The translations under genes and the position numbers were made by a program. Source: Rhina ancylostomus (Eukaryota). From it: DNA of 64,000 bases. Shown in pieces: positions 52,905 through 64,000 of the stretch (positions within the stretch are counted from its first letter, which is position 1; every line of letters begins with the position of its first letter). The stretch covers positions 21,564,564 through 21,628,563 of the forward strand of contig JARFYF010000007.1 of NCBI GenBank assembly GCA_030265395.1, in the 5' to 3' direction. The notes under the pieces are model-generated. The model was not told the origin of the DNA. It searched no databases and saw nothing but the letters and a program-made list of their open reading frames with translations.

Positions 52905-53222
52905 TCATGGAACCATAGAACAATACAGCACAATACAGGCCCTTCAGCCCACCGTGTTGTGCCGCCATCAAACTACACCTCCCACCATCTAACCCTTTCC
53001 TCCCGCATATCCCTCTATCCCACACTCCTCCATATGCCTATCCAACAACCTCTTGAACCCATCCAACATATCCGCCTTCACCACCACCCCAGGCAGCGCA
53101 TTCCATGCACCTACCACTCCCTGGGTGAAAAAGCTCACTCTGACATCCCCCCTGAACTTCCCCTCTATTATTTTAAACCCATGCCCTCTTGTCTTGAGCA
53201 TTGGTGCCCTATCTTCCCATTC
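52905..53222 (-). mobile_element. CR1 LINE 3' end
   Basis: KTRGHGFKIIEGKFRGDVRVSFFTQGVVGAWNALP followed by a CR1-type 3' tail. Confidence 0.9.
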
Positions 53223-54721
53223 AGAATAATTCACAAAATCCATGACTAACAAGCTACCAACCCAACACCATAAATCTCCTGCAAGCTCTTTAGATTTCAT
53301 TTTACCTTTTGGTTGCCACAAAACATTTTATTGAACAATCAGCTCTTACATTTGTCAAACTACACTCATCCCTCAATTTCTTAAAATTAATTAAACAAAA
53401 TGAATAAATCAGAACTGAGCCTCTCCGTAACAATGCTGGCTGCTCCTAATGAACACTGAACACTTTGATTGATTATATACCACTTCTTGCACATTGATAT
53501 CTAACGACTTTCCATGGCACCAAGATCAAGCTGATGATCTGCCTGTATCATTCTTCAGATATTATCAAAAGATAAAGTTGATTACCTTTATAGATAATTA
53601 TCTATTTTTAAATGGATTTTCTGATTAATATTATACCTCTTCAAAGTGAGGAAAATCAATCCTACAACTTTCAAAATGAGGAACTTTATAATGTAACTCC
53701 GCCTCTACTGCTCCATCAAACACTCACAAAACAGATCCAGCATGGGCTAGTTACAATGTAAAGGACTTTCTGCTCTGTCCCACCCAATATTCACATTACA
53801 GCAGTAGAACAGGTTAGAAACAGATTAAAACTCACTCTATTCTTTTCTCCAAACATTCCCAGGCCAAGTACTGAGTACAGCTCCCTCTCTACTATTTCAA
53901 CAAATGACTGAGCTCCAACTGAAAGTCCATCTGTAACTGTACCAGCAGAGAACTCTTCCTCCATCAATTTTCCTTCTGACTTCGTGGGATGAAACTGAAA
54001 AGTGTGGTGCTCTTTGAACAATGGACCTATTTCAAGTGAAAACTGCATTGAGATGGTCCCAAACTGTTGGAATAACTGCAACTAAAAAAAGCAACTTCTG
54101 TCTCATTGCCATGAACTGGATTGAAAACCACTGTTCAACAATACAACTGACTGCACTCCCAGTGACTACAACAGATGATTTGAGGTACTTTTAACTGTTA
54201 GTCTATTACATTTGAAAGAATAAGTCTGAATTAAAAATCATGATCTTATATTTCCTGAAACCTACTCACATTTCCTTTTCTTTGTTATTTGGATTTAGCT
54301 GTCCAACAAACACTTTTTAGAATTCTAAGTAATTAACTTGTCTTTCAAGAAGTTTATGTCACCACTATTCTATCAACTGACAACTGTGAGGAACTAGATT
54401 GGTATCCATGGTGAAGGTGCTGTGAAGATGAGAGAGATATTGACAGAACTGTTGGCTTTTTAGTTTGACAGGTGGATAAGGGAACTTACAATGGGTGGCA
54501 TAGGGATGTAGTCCTTACTGGAATCTGCATGGAGTGAGACTGAGAGGCCAATTTTCCTACAATCTCAAATAACCAGTAGTGCTCAAACAATAATATATCC
54601 ACACACACCAGAGACAAGGTCATTCGAACTTGGAGTAGGAACTGCAGATCATTTGAAGGACATTTTGGAAAGAACTGGACTATTCTAATAAATTGATGCC
54701 TACAGTTTTTTTTAATTTTTA

Positions 54722-54890
54722 AAAGTTTTATTTACAGCATGGTAACAGGCCCTTCTGGCCCAACGAGTCTGTGCCACCCATTTTTAAACCCATGTTAACC
54801 TACCTGTACATTTTTGGAATGTGGGAGGAAACCCACGCAGACACGGGGAGAATGTACCTACTCCTTACAGACAGTGACAGGAATCGAACC
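54722..54890 (-). mobile_element. V-SINE (HE1-like), second copy
   Basis: ggaatgtgggaggaaacccacgcagacacggggagaatgtac is the reverse complement of the V-domain. Confidence 0.85.
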
Positions 54891-54959
54891 ATTTTATCTT
54901 GACAGGTTGGTGGGAACTTTAGGCAATTGCCAAAGAATTTGAAAGGGTGATTAGAGTCA

Positions 54960-55560
54960 TAAAGTTATAGAGTACTACAGCACAGAAACAGGCCATTCAG
55001 CCCATGCCACTTGATCTTCTGCCTAGTCTTATCTATCCACACCTGGATCATATCCCTCCAAACCCCTCCCATCCATGTAAATATCCAAACTTCTCTTAAA
55101 TGTTACAATTGAATCCACATCTACCACTTCCACTGGCAGCTCATTCCACATTTGCACCACCCTCTGAGTGAAGAGGTTCCCCCTCAGATTCCCCTTAAAT
55201 ATGTCACCTTTCACCCTAAACCTATGTCCTCTAGTTCTAGTCACACCCAGCCTCAGGGGAGAAAGCCTGCATGCATTCACCCTATTTATACCCCTCGTTA
55301 CCTCCATAAGATCTCCCCCCATTCTCCTGCTCCAGGGAATAAATTCCTAACCTATTCAACCTTTCCCCATAACTCAGGTCCTTAAGTCCTGGTAACATCC
55401 TGGTAAATGTTCTCTGCAGTCTTTCAAGCTTATTGATATCTTTCCTGTAGGTAGGTGACCAGAACTGCACAAAATACTCAAAATTCAGCCTCACCAACGT
55501 CTTGTACAACTTCAACAGAACATTTCAACTGCTGGACTCAATGAGAAACAGAGGACTGCA
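54960..55560 (-). mobile_element. CR1-family LINE 3' fragment
   Basis: LYKTLVRLNFEYFVQFWSPTYRKDINKLERLQRTFTRMLPGL and TRGHRFRVKG...FTQRVVQMWNELP. Confidence 0.92.
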
Positions 55561-55661
55561 GNNNNNNNNNNNNNNNNNNNNNNNNNNNNNNNNNNNNNNN
55601 NNNNNNNNNNNNNNNNNNNNNNNNNNNNNNNNNNNNNNNNNNNNNNNNNNNNNNNNNNNNN

Positions 55662-56050
55662 TCTGACGATGGAGTCCCCTATTACTACCGCATATCTCTT
55701 TCCCACCCTTCCCTTCTGAGCAGCAGTACCAGTCCCAGAGCCAGAGACCTGGTTACTGCAGCTAGGCCCCTGGAGGTCATCCCCCTCAACAGCCTCCAAG
55801 GCAGAAAACCTGGTTCTGAGGAGAACAGCCTCCGGGGTTCCCTGCTCTGCCTGCCTGTCTGATTTCTTCTTTCTCTTCCCTCCCCGACAGTCACCATTCT
55901 ATCTGACACCTAAACCCCACAAGTACCTGCTCTAAGGGGCGTGACCGTCTCCTGATGCACCGTGTCTACATAACTTTCCCCCACCCTGATGCTGCGCAGC
56001 ATTTGTAGCTGGCACTCCAGCTCATCTACTCTGAGCCGAAGTTCTGCTCA
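55662..56050 (-). mobile_element. CR1 ORF1 (SGNH esterase) fragment
   Basis: AVVIGDSIVR motif next to the gap. Confidence 0.8.
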
Positions 56051-56799
56051 TCCTGCATCCTGCTCAGAAAGAAAACAGGAACTGTTGGAAACCATATGGA
56101 GAGTCTTTGTCCTGAAAGATTAACCTTGTTTCTCTTTCCACAGATGCTGCTGGTACTATTGAGTGTTTCCAGCAATTTCTGTTTTAACTTGCACAGGAAA
56201 ATAGTTAAAATTTCGGTTTAATGACCTTTTATCTTCAGAAAGGTCACTGACTTGAAACCTCAATTTTTCTTCTTTCCATACATGCTGCGTGGTTTTGAGT
56301 ATTTACAGCATCTGTAGTATTTTCCATTTGGAACCTATTCAGATTTGGGAAATAATGAGCTCACACTCACAAGCAATTTATGACTATGTACTCTCCAAGA
56401 AGACACTTGATACTTCACACAAATAATATGTGCATGAAATCACCAGTTTCTGGCAACCTGTACATTAATTCCATGAGAAAAGGCTCATAATTTCCTCATA
56501 AAAACAAGGGGTCACAGACCCTCAATATAAGTATGATGAGATTACAAGGATTTGTTAATCCCAGCAGATAATAAAACACAAGGCATATGACGTGCAAATA
56601 GCTAGCCCAAGTAGTGGGGAGAATATGCATATGCACAGGCCAGTTTTGGTCCATCATCCACCAAAACATGGAATGAAAGAATGGACAAAAAGGGGACACA
56701 CTGCTCCCTTTCTACTCAATCTTGTTTTTTTGGCAATTATCTGAAACTTAACCTTTTTGCCACATTTAACAAGATCTAAGGATTTAAATTCCTGTCAAA

Positions 56800-57390
56800 T
56801 CAAAGGCCATCTATTCATACCTCTCTAATATCATTAGACTCCAGCCTTGCATCAACTCACCTGCTGCTGAAACTCTCATACCTTTGCTCCCTCCAGGTAG
56901 ACTATTTCAATGCATTCTTCACTTGCTTACCTCATTCTACTTTACATAAGCATAAAATGCTTTCCAAAAATCAGCCACACGTGTCCTAAATCGCTCCATA
57001 TCTGGTTCACCATTCACCCGTGATCATTGACTCACAGTGGATCAAGCTTCAACAGACCTTCAATTTTTATTTCCAATCACTTGGTGGTTTCATCATTCCT
57101 TGGCTCTCTAATCTCTTCCAGTGTTGGAATTCTCCAAGTAATCCACCTCCTCCAATGTTGGACTTTTTGCACATCCCCAAATTAAATCATCCCACTATTA
57201 GAAGCCATGCATTCAGCTATAGCACAACCAAGGCACAAAGCTCTGAAATATTCCCCCACGACCCCTCCAAAATCACTGTGCCTCACTACCTTCCTTTTAG
57301 GTGCTTCTTGAAAGCACTCCTGTAGAGCATCACAGGACACTTTTGCTGCATTAATGTGCTAGTTAAATGCAAACAGTTATTACAACGTTT
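56800..57390 (+). mobile_element. L2-family LINE 3' remnant
   Basis: gctgctgaaactctcata...ctccaggtagactatttcaatgc (A.TLI...SRLDY.N motif) and an L2-like tail. Confidence 0.65.
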
Positions 57391-57956
57391 TTGTATCTTT
57401 CTGAAACTTCTTTACCCAAATTATTCCTCTCTTATAATTACATCACCAACCAAGCCAAACACCTACTTCCTAAAACTCTGAACGTTTGTCCAGTACCATG
57501 AGATCTCGGGAAGATTTTAGTTTCAATAAGCTAAGATACAGAATTATCTTATGGCTCCATAAGATCCCTCTTCAGTCTAATGAAGCATCATAATACATCA
57601 CAATTAAAGTTTAAAACATATTAACCAAAACAACAAAGTAATAGTTTCATGATTGAAATAGAACTGTATTTTCGTAATATATCTTGTAACCAATTTCTTG
57701 TTAAATCTGTAGAACTATACATATGCTTTATTCTACTTTTCCTACACTGCAATATTATTTGCACTTAAAAATTATTTTATTGTGTGTAAAGTGGTTTAAG
57801 GTGTCCTGACAACGTGAAGCCAATGATCATCTCGATGAATAGCTGTTAAAAAGATACAAATAGTGCTCTTTCAGGATTTTCAAACTGCTTATCCAGCTCA
57901 AACTGGGGGTGAAATCCAATTGTGCTAGTATCTGAAAATAGATAAAGTGGTGTCAT

Positions 57957-58200
57957 GATAGTGTGGTAGTGTAGCAGTTAGCATAACGCTACTACAGTGC
58001 TAGCAATCGGCATTCAATTCCTGCCAATGTCTGTGAGGAGTTTGTACATTCTCTCCATGATGGCGTGGGTTTCCTTTGGGTGCTCCAGTTTCCTCCCACA
58101 TTCCAAAGACATACAGGTTAGTAGGTTAACATGGGTGTAATTGGGTGGCACGAGCTTGTTGGGCTGGAAGGGCCGGTTACTGTATTGTATAAATAAAGTT
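57957..58200 (+). mobile_element. tRNA-derived V-SINE (HE1-like)
   Basis: A/B-box-like head followed by the V-domain ggagtttgtacattctctccatgatggcgtgggtttcc...gggtgctccagtttcctcccacattccaaagac. Confidence 0.85.
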
Positions 58201-58955
58201 TAAATCTACAGTGAAATACAATCGTGGTCCTAAAAGTCAAAGTTACATCTTCGGTCTCATCTACTCAAAATGGTTGAGCAGCAGATGCCGATCAGGCTTC
58301 CTATCGCATCTCACCAATTGAGGTGAATTTGAACTGGCCCAAATGCTGAGACTTATTGGCAGTGATATATGGCATTTCAGTGGAGATAGGAGGAGCACTC
58401 TAAACTATGGAAGGTTTTGCTTTATTCTGTGCATCACCTCCAGCTACCTCTGGTTTAGTTGCTTAAAACCCTGAACAATGAGGTAGAGCTGCCAGGACAC
58501 AAGATCCACCCAATTCTAACCAATTTCAATTGCAATCCTAAAGCCAGCACTGGAACTCTAATTTGAAAATACAGGGCACCTGATGCCCATTTTAGCATGC
58601 ATTTGTAACATCTGAAAGTTGCCTATTTAACAGTCAATGCATTTCTGGGGAGAATGATTTATGAAAGATGGAACCACAAATTAACCTTAAACTCCAGCCC
58701 TAATTTTTCCACACAAAAATTAGGCAAAACATAACTTGTCCCTTTTCCTGATTTTTATTTTAAATTGACATCTGAAAGCTGACAATTGTATTATTCTTAT
58801 TCTGAAAAAATTGTTTTCAGAACTTTAAATAATTGACTATTTTAATTCAAACAGTAACAAATTAAACCAATGAATTATCACATATGGAAATAATTAAAAC
58901 ATTTAAATTTACAAATACTGATAATAAACAATATCTATTATTACAATTTTCTTAC

Positions 58956-59001
58956 CTTTCCTTTCTCAATACAGAGATCCTCCTTCCGTATAATTTGTGA
59001 A
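58956..59001 (-). CDS. EXOSC8: EXOSC8 exon: SQIIRKEDLCIEKGK
   Basis: tag| and |gtaaga; 46 nt, phase 2 to 0; resembles human SQIIQKEDLCISPGK. Confidence 0.94.
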
Positions 59002-59139
59002 CTAAATTTAAGAAACAAAAACATAACTGAATTGCTACAAAGATTTTAACTTGCCATACTGCTACATTTATCAGATCTTGATTACAATTGAAAATACAAA
59101 ATTAATTTGAAAAATTAGAGGTGGAATTAGAATTCTTAC

Positions 59140-59245
59140 TTTTCTATCACATCAAAAATAAACTGACTTGCAGCTTGTGCTTGTTCCCCAGGAGGGCCAG
59201 GTCGGAATCTTGAAGAACACAAGGGTGGTAAATCTACATTTGGTA
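59140..59245 (-). CDS. EXOSC8: EXOSC8 exon: [36 protein letters not shown]
   Basis: cag| and |gtaaga; phase 1 to 2; RNase PH-like Rrp43 signature [22 protein letters not shown]. Confidence 0.96.
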
Positions 59246-60332
59246 CTGTAATGAAAAGCATTAGTTAAGTACTCTTTTTAAAGTTTAACCAAATCTATCA
59301 CACTAACATTTTGAACACAAGATTGTTCTGATTAAAAAAAGAGTAACTGTATTTCATTAAGTCACTGCCAATGAGAGGGGAGGGGTCAAAACTGGAATAA
59401 AAGATGAACTTTTTGTTTTTGAACCCTCTTATCACGAGCTCAAGGCATCTTAAAGCAATTCACATTGAATGAATTATTTCTGAAGTGCATCACTATTCAT
59501 ATCCACAGCTAAAACTACACACACGAGTTCAGTGCAGAAACCCATTGGTGGTGATGTTGATCGAGTAATAAATATTGGGGAAATCAAGGAACTCCTTGCT
59601 CTTCAGATTATGCATTCTTGAACAGGTTTACATCAAATTCATTTAATAGCTCATCTCAGCATTGGACTGCCTGACAATGAGGCCGTCCCTCAATTCTACG
59701 CTGAAACTTCAGCCTAAACCAAAAGCTCAAACTCCAGCTTTCACAACTCTGTCTCAGAACAAGAAAAATAAAGATAGATTGACAAATAAATTGGCCTTGG
59801 TAACTGTAGATATGGAAGAAATTAAACTGAAAAACTACAATTTCCTGCTAAATATGAACACTTAGATTTTGTTTTTAAAATCAGTATCAGTTACCCAACC
59901 AGCATACCAAAGAATAATTCTGCATTGGACCCAAATCAAACAGAGAAATATTAACAACAATAATTGGAATGGATCACTGCATTAATGCAACCTGTTGAAT
60001 TCATAGTAGACTCATGTAGGAATATAAAACAGAAGGCTATTCAGGTCCTCAAGACTTATATTTGACATCACGGTAGATCAGCACCAATGCCACTGAGCTG
60101 TCATAGTTCCATTTTCATTACAACTCTTATCCTATTTATTTTAAAATATTTCCAGTGGACCCAGAGTCCATAACCTCACGGACAGAGATTGTTTCCGGTT
60201 GCCATGGCTTTGTGTGTAAAGGACCATTACTATCTAGCAGTCTGTAACCGTAATATCTTTCCTCCCTGCTCTGTACTCTTTCAACAAAGTTGGTAAAGTC
60301 TCAGTACCTCTCCTACCCAACCCAATTTCCAC

Positions 60333-60525
60333 CTAGTTATGACCTTGCACCTTATTGCCTACCTGCACTCCATTTTCTCTGTAGCTGTTACACTTTATTC
60401 TGCATTCTGTTATTGTTTTACCTTGTACCACCTTAATGTACTGTGTAATGAATTGATCTGTATGAACCGTATGCAAGATTAGTTTTTCACTGTACCTCAG
60501 TACATGACAATAATAAACCAATTCA
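60333..60525 (+). mobile_element. Rex1/Babar-like LINE 3' tail
   Basis: Characteristic tail ttttcactgtacctcagtacatgacaataataaaccaatt; family assignment from memory. Confidence 0.55.
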
Positions 60526-61354
60526 ACCTTTAGAAACACCCCAATTACATTACACTTTAACCATCCAAATTCCAGGCTTAGGCAAATGCCCTTATAACTG
60601 CCCCAATGTATATTCCCCGGCTTCAATACACATTTCATGACCTTCCTTGCCCAAAATTAAGCACAGCAGGCCTTATAGTCTGTATCTATGCACCATTCTT
60701 CAAAGATTTGAACATGAATCTTTTGCTGCTCCACAGCTCCTAGTCTCTTGCTGTTTAATGCATATTCCAATTTATTTGACCTGAGGTTTATGATCTGATA
60801 CTTTCCCATATTGAACTTTATCTGTCATTAGTTTTCCCATTTATTCAGTCTGTTTATACCTTTAATAGTTTACTCCTCCCATTTGCACAACTTTCCATTC
60901 CTCTGAAATCAGTGACATCGTAAACTTGATGCTGTGAAGCCCAAGTTTTATTTCAAAATCATATAACTGATTGTGCAAATCATGTTCTGAAAACTTGTTT
61001 CCAGTTTTCTGAAGGATGCAGAACTTCATTTTCCATAATCATTGTCATTTTTAGACATTGTTACCAGTTAAAAAAAATGAAGATAAATTGAACTAAAAAA
61101 AATGCAAAGTAAACCATTTAAATATAATAGCTCTCTCTCATTGAGAATTACACATATATTGCAAAATTAATCATTCATTGCCAACTGTTTTTTGAACAGT
61201 CAATTCATAACCACAGTCAATGTCACAAAAATCAGCAGGCTTAACCATTTCACAATAAAAATAAAACACTCCACAGGAATGAAGTACCAAGCTCCAATAT
61301 ACCATGCAATGTTACAGACTGAACTACAAATTGATTTTTTAACCATTGACTCAC

Positions 61355-61400
61355 CTATATACCCTTTATCTGGAGCATCCACTGTTGGTGCTGCAAATTC
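61355..61400 (-). CDS. EXOSC8: EXOSC8 exon: EFAAPTVDAPDKGYI
   Basis: cag| and |gtgagt on -; 46 nt, phase 0 to 1; resembles human EFAAPSTDAPDKGYV. Confidence 0.93.
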
Positions 61401-62589
61401 CTGTAAAAATAAAAGTAATTTTATTATTTTGTACAACATATTCTGCTATATGGATTAAAATAGTACCTACATATCTATGAAATTTTAATTAAATACAATA
61501 ATGCTGCACAACCAATGTTAAATGTCTTTAGTCTAAACAAATTTATAACTTAATGTGATTAGAATGCATTTAGTGCTCAGTTCTCAAACCCCATTTGGCA
61601 TTTTACTTCCCCTTTTTTCTTGGGCTAGATTTTTCAGTATTTTGTTTGGAAACTAAAGTGCGGTGACACATACTCTGCAAGTCAATACATGTATTGTTTC
61701 CTTCAGTCTAAGAAGCAAATTAGCCAAATGGCTACAATTAGTGACTGGATAAGTATTCAGATGTTTCACTTCTCAAAATTTAATGTACACAAGTTATAGG
61801 TGAAAAGCCGAATACTGAAATCTCACCACTTTGATGCCACAAACGACTGTTGTATTTCCCAGCTTTACCAGTGCAGAACCATCCGCAGTTGTAATTGATC
61901 CTGAAATTAGTCAGAAAACCAACATTTTCAAACATGCTTTCTCTTAACAATTGTTTTGACCATTTAAAGCGCAAAATCCATTACAATCAGTAAAAATGTA
62001 CCATCAGGTAATGCAATTTTAATGCCATCTTGAAGGAAGTCCAGAGCACTTGCATTGTATTTTGTTGTGGAATCATCATTTCCAATGTCAAAAATAAATA
62101 GGTCTGCGAAGCTTTATCTAAGTTAAGGTCCATTAATAAAAAGTGAATTTAATAACATCAAGTGTATACTTAACGTTATTATATGTTCAAACATTGCGTT
62201 GTGCCCAAGTTTCAATGGAAATTAAAGTCACAAATACTAACATGCTTGCTAAACTTTAACTTTGTCCTCTCCACCACATACATAGCAACCTGTGCTTCTG
62301 AGCTCTAAGGTTCTCGGAAAATATCCTAATGAGAACAGTCAGGCATAACATCAATGAATAAAAGAGGTTCATTGGGCAGGGTTTCTAAAAGCCTGGTCAA
62401 GTAGGTAGTTTTTAAATGAAGGATTCTGAAAGTCCTTAATATTATTTGACTCCAAGTGTTCAATCACGAGGATGAGCAATTTAAATGTGAAACGGTTATA
62501 CTTTCAATGTTGTGTCCTTACTAAAGAAATTTATTTAGCAAATACATCATTGACAATCTTGCAAAAGTTCCAAATTTTTGAATAGTCCC

Positions 62590-63290
62590 TATTGTGATTA
62601 GGGAAGTATTATTTAATCATCGTTCAAGAAAAATGAGAAACTAGGGAACCTCTGACCAGTTAGCTTGACATCAATTGTGAAAATACTGGAATCCATTACC
62701 ATAATAAAAGTAAGAGCACTTAGTGAAACATGATATGATTAAGCACAGTCAACAAGGTTTATTAAAATGAAAGCATGTTTTACAATTTAATTTTTTTCTG
62801 TTTGAAGGTGTAACTACAGGTCTTCCCCAGGTTGTGGAAGAGTTCCCGTGAACTGTTTGTAACCCAGGCAGTTTGCAAGTCAGAATGTGGCAAGTCAAAT
62901 CCACCACCAGCCCCATGATCTCCCAAACACTGACTCGTATGTATGGGCTGTACACTAGTCTGACAGTTGGAACCTGGGGAGGACCTGTCATAGCGTAGAT
63001 AATGGAGAAGTCAGTGAAATAATCAGAAAGTGTTTTTAACAAGTACCCACACAAAAGGTTATTGTACAAATAAAGGATTCTTTGGCTTGGCGATAATATA
63101 ATTAAATGGACAGAAGATTGGTTAGAGGATAAAAATAGTGTGCAGTTCAGACCACCACAGTGAAAGAAAGATGTGTGGTGCAGAGGAGATTTAAAGGATA
63201 TTGCCAGGATTGTAAATTTGTAGCTGAGAGGAAAGATTGGATGGTAGGGTTACTTTCCCTGGAATGGGGTCTTAATTGAGGTATATAATG
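62590..63290 (+). mobile_element. Old CR1 LINE remnant interrupted at about 62820-63000
   Basis: gaccagttagcttgacatca (RPVSLTS-like), QQGF, and gtgcagttcagaccacc...gtgcagaggagattt. Confidence 0.65.
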
Positions 63291-63390
63291 ANNNNNNNNN
63301 NNNNNNNNNNNNNNNNNNNNNNNNNNNNNNNNNNNNNNNNNNNNNNNNNNNNNNNNNNNNNNNNNNNNNNNNNNNNNNNNNNNNNNNNNN

Positions 63391-63800
63391 NAATGCTGGA
63401 GGAACTCAGCAGGCCAGGCAGCATCCATTGAGAAAAGCAGGCAGTCAACATTTCAGTCAGGACCCTTCTTCAGGACTGAAGATAGGAAAAGGGGAAGCCC
63501 AATATATAGGAGAGGAAAGTAGAGCAGTGATATCTGGATAAAAGAGAGGAGGCAGGGTGGGCACAAGGTGGTGGTACCTATCCTGGTAATCCCAGAGGTC
63601 CCCATCACTATCCCTTACCTGCATCTACCCATCACAACCTTGTGCTTACCCCACCTCCCCTCTTTTGTCCACCTATCACTTCTCTGCTTTTCCCTCCTAT
63701 ATATTGGGCTTCCCTTTGTCCTGAAGAAGAGTCCTAACCCAAAAGTTGACCCTCTTTTCTCCAGAGATGTTGCCTGGCCTGCTAAGTTCCTCCAGCATCA
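63391..63800. mobile_element. Fold-back Penelope-like terminal repeat pair (about 410-nt palindrome)
   Basis: atgctggaggaactcagcaggccaggca at the left pairs with tgcctggcctgctaagttcctccagcat at the right; gggaagcccaatatataggag pairs with ctcctatatattgggcttccc. Confidence 0.85.
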
Positions 63801-64000
63801 TGGTGTTTGAATAGCCTCCTTCTCTGTCATAAAATTTCTATGAATAGGGAGAATAGGAATAATTGGGTCATTCTTAGATTGATAGATTTTTAACTAAGAT
63901 AGTGCAACAGGGATTACAGCTGGGTTCTCAGTTACTTACAATTTAATAATTATGACTTAAATGAAAGGGCAGAGTGCAATGTATCCAAGTTAGTGACAAA

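Overview
AT-rich vertebrate genomic DNA. The repeat content (HE1/V-SINEs, CR1, Penelope-like, Rex1 tails) suggests a cartilaginous fish; this is an inference. Two convergent genes are present, both with 5' ends outside the window. SUPT20H (SAGA subunit Spt20/FAM48A/p38IP) contributes its last 16 coding exons on + (650-46217). EXOSC8 (exosome subunit Rrp43) contributes its last 7 coding exons on - (61400-46452). Their stop codons are 234 nt apart. Genes were identified by manual exon translation and remembered similarity to the human proteins; no database search was run. Introns hold decayed LINEs and SINEs, a Gypsy remnant, and an ERV-like gag-pro remnant nested in a hAT-like element. Main observations: (1) the SUPT20H last exon is readable in two frames, poly-Gln or poly-Ala from one CAG tract, switched by a 125-nt cassette exon; (2) a ~320-bp-arm intronic inverted repeat whose differences favour G:U pairs in the sense pre-mRNA; (3) a frameshift that breaks only the long splice form of one SUPT20H exon; (4) probable 3' antisense overlap of the two genes; (5) decayed minimal hammerhead ribozymes in Penelope-like termini. 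Most ORFs in the supplied track are spurious. Repeat boundaries are approximate.
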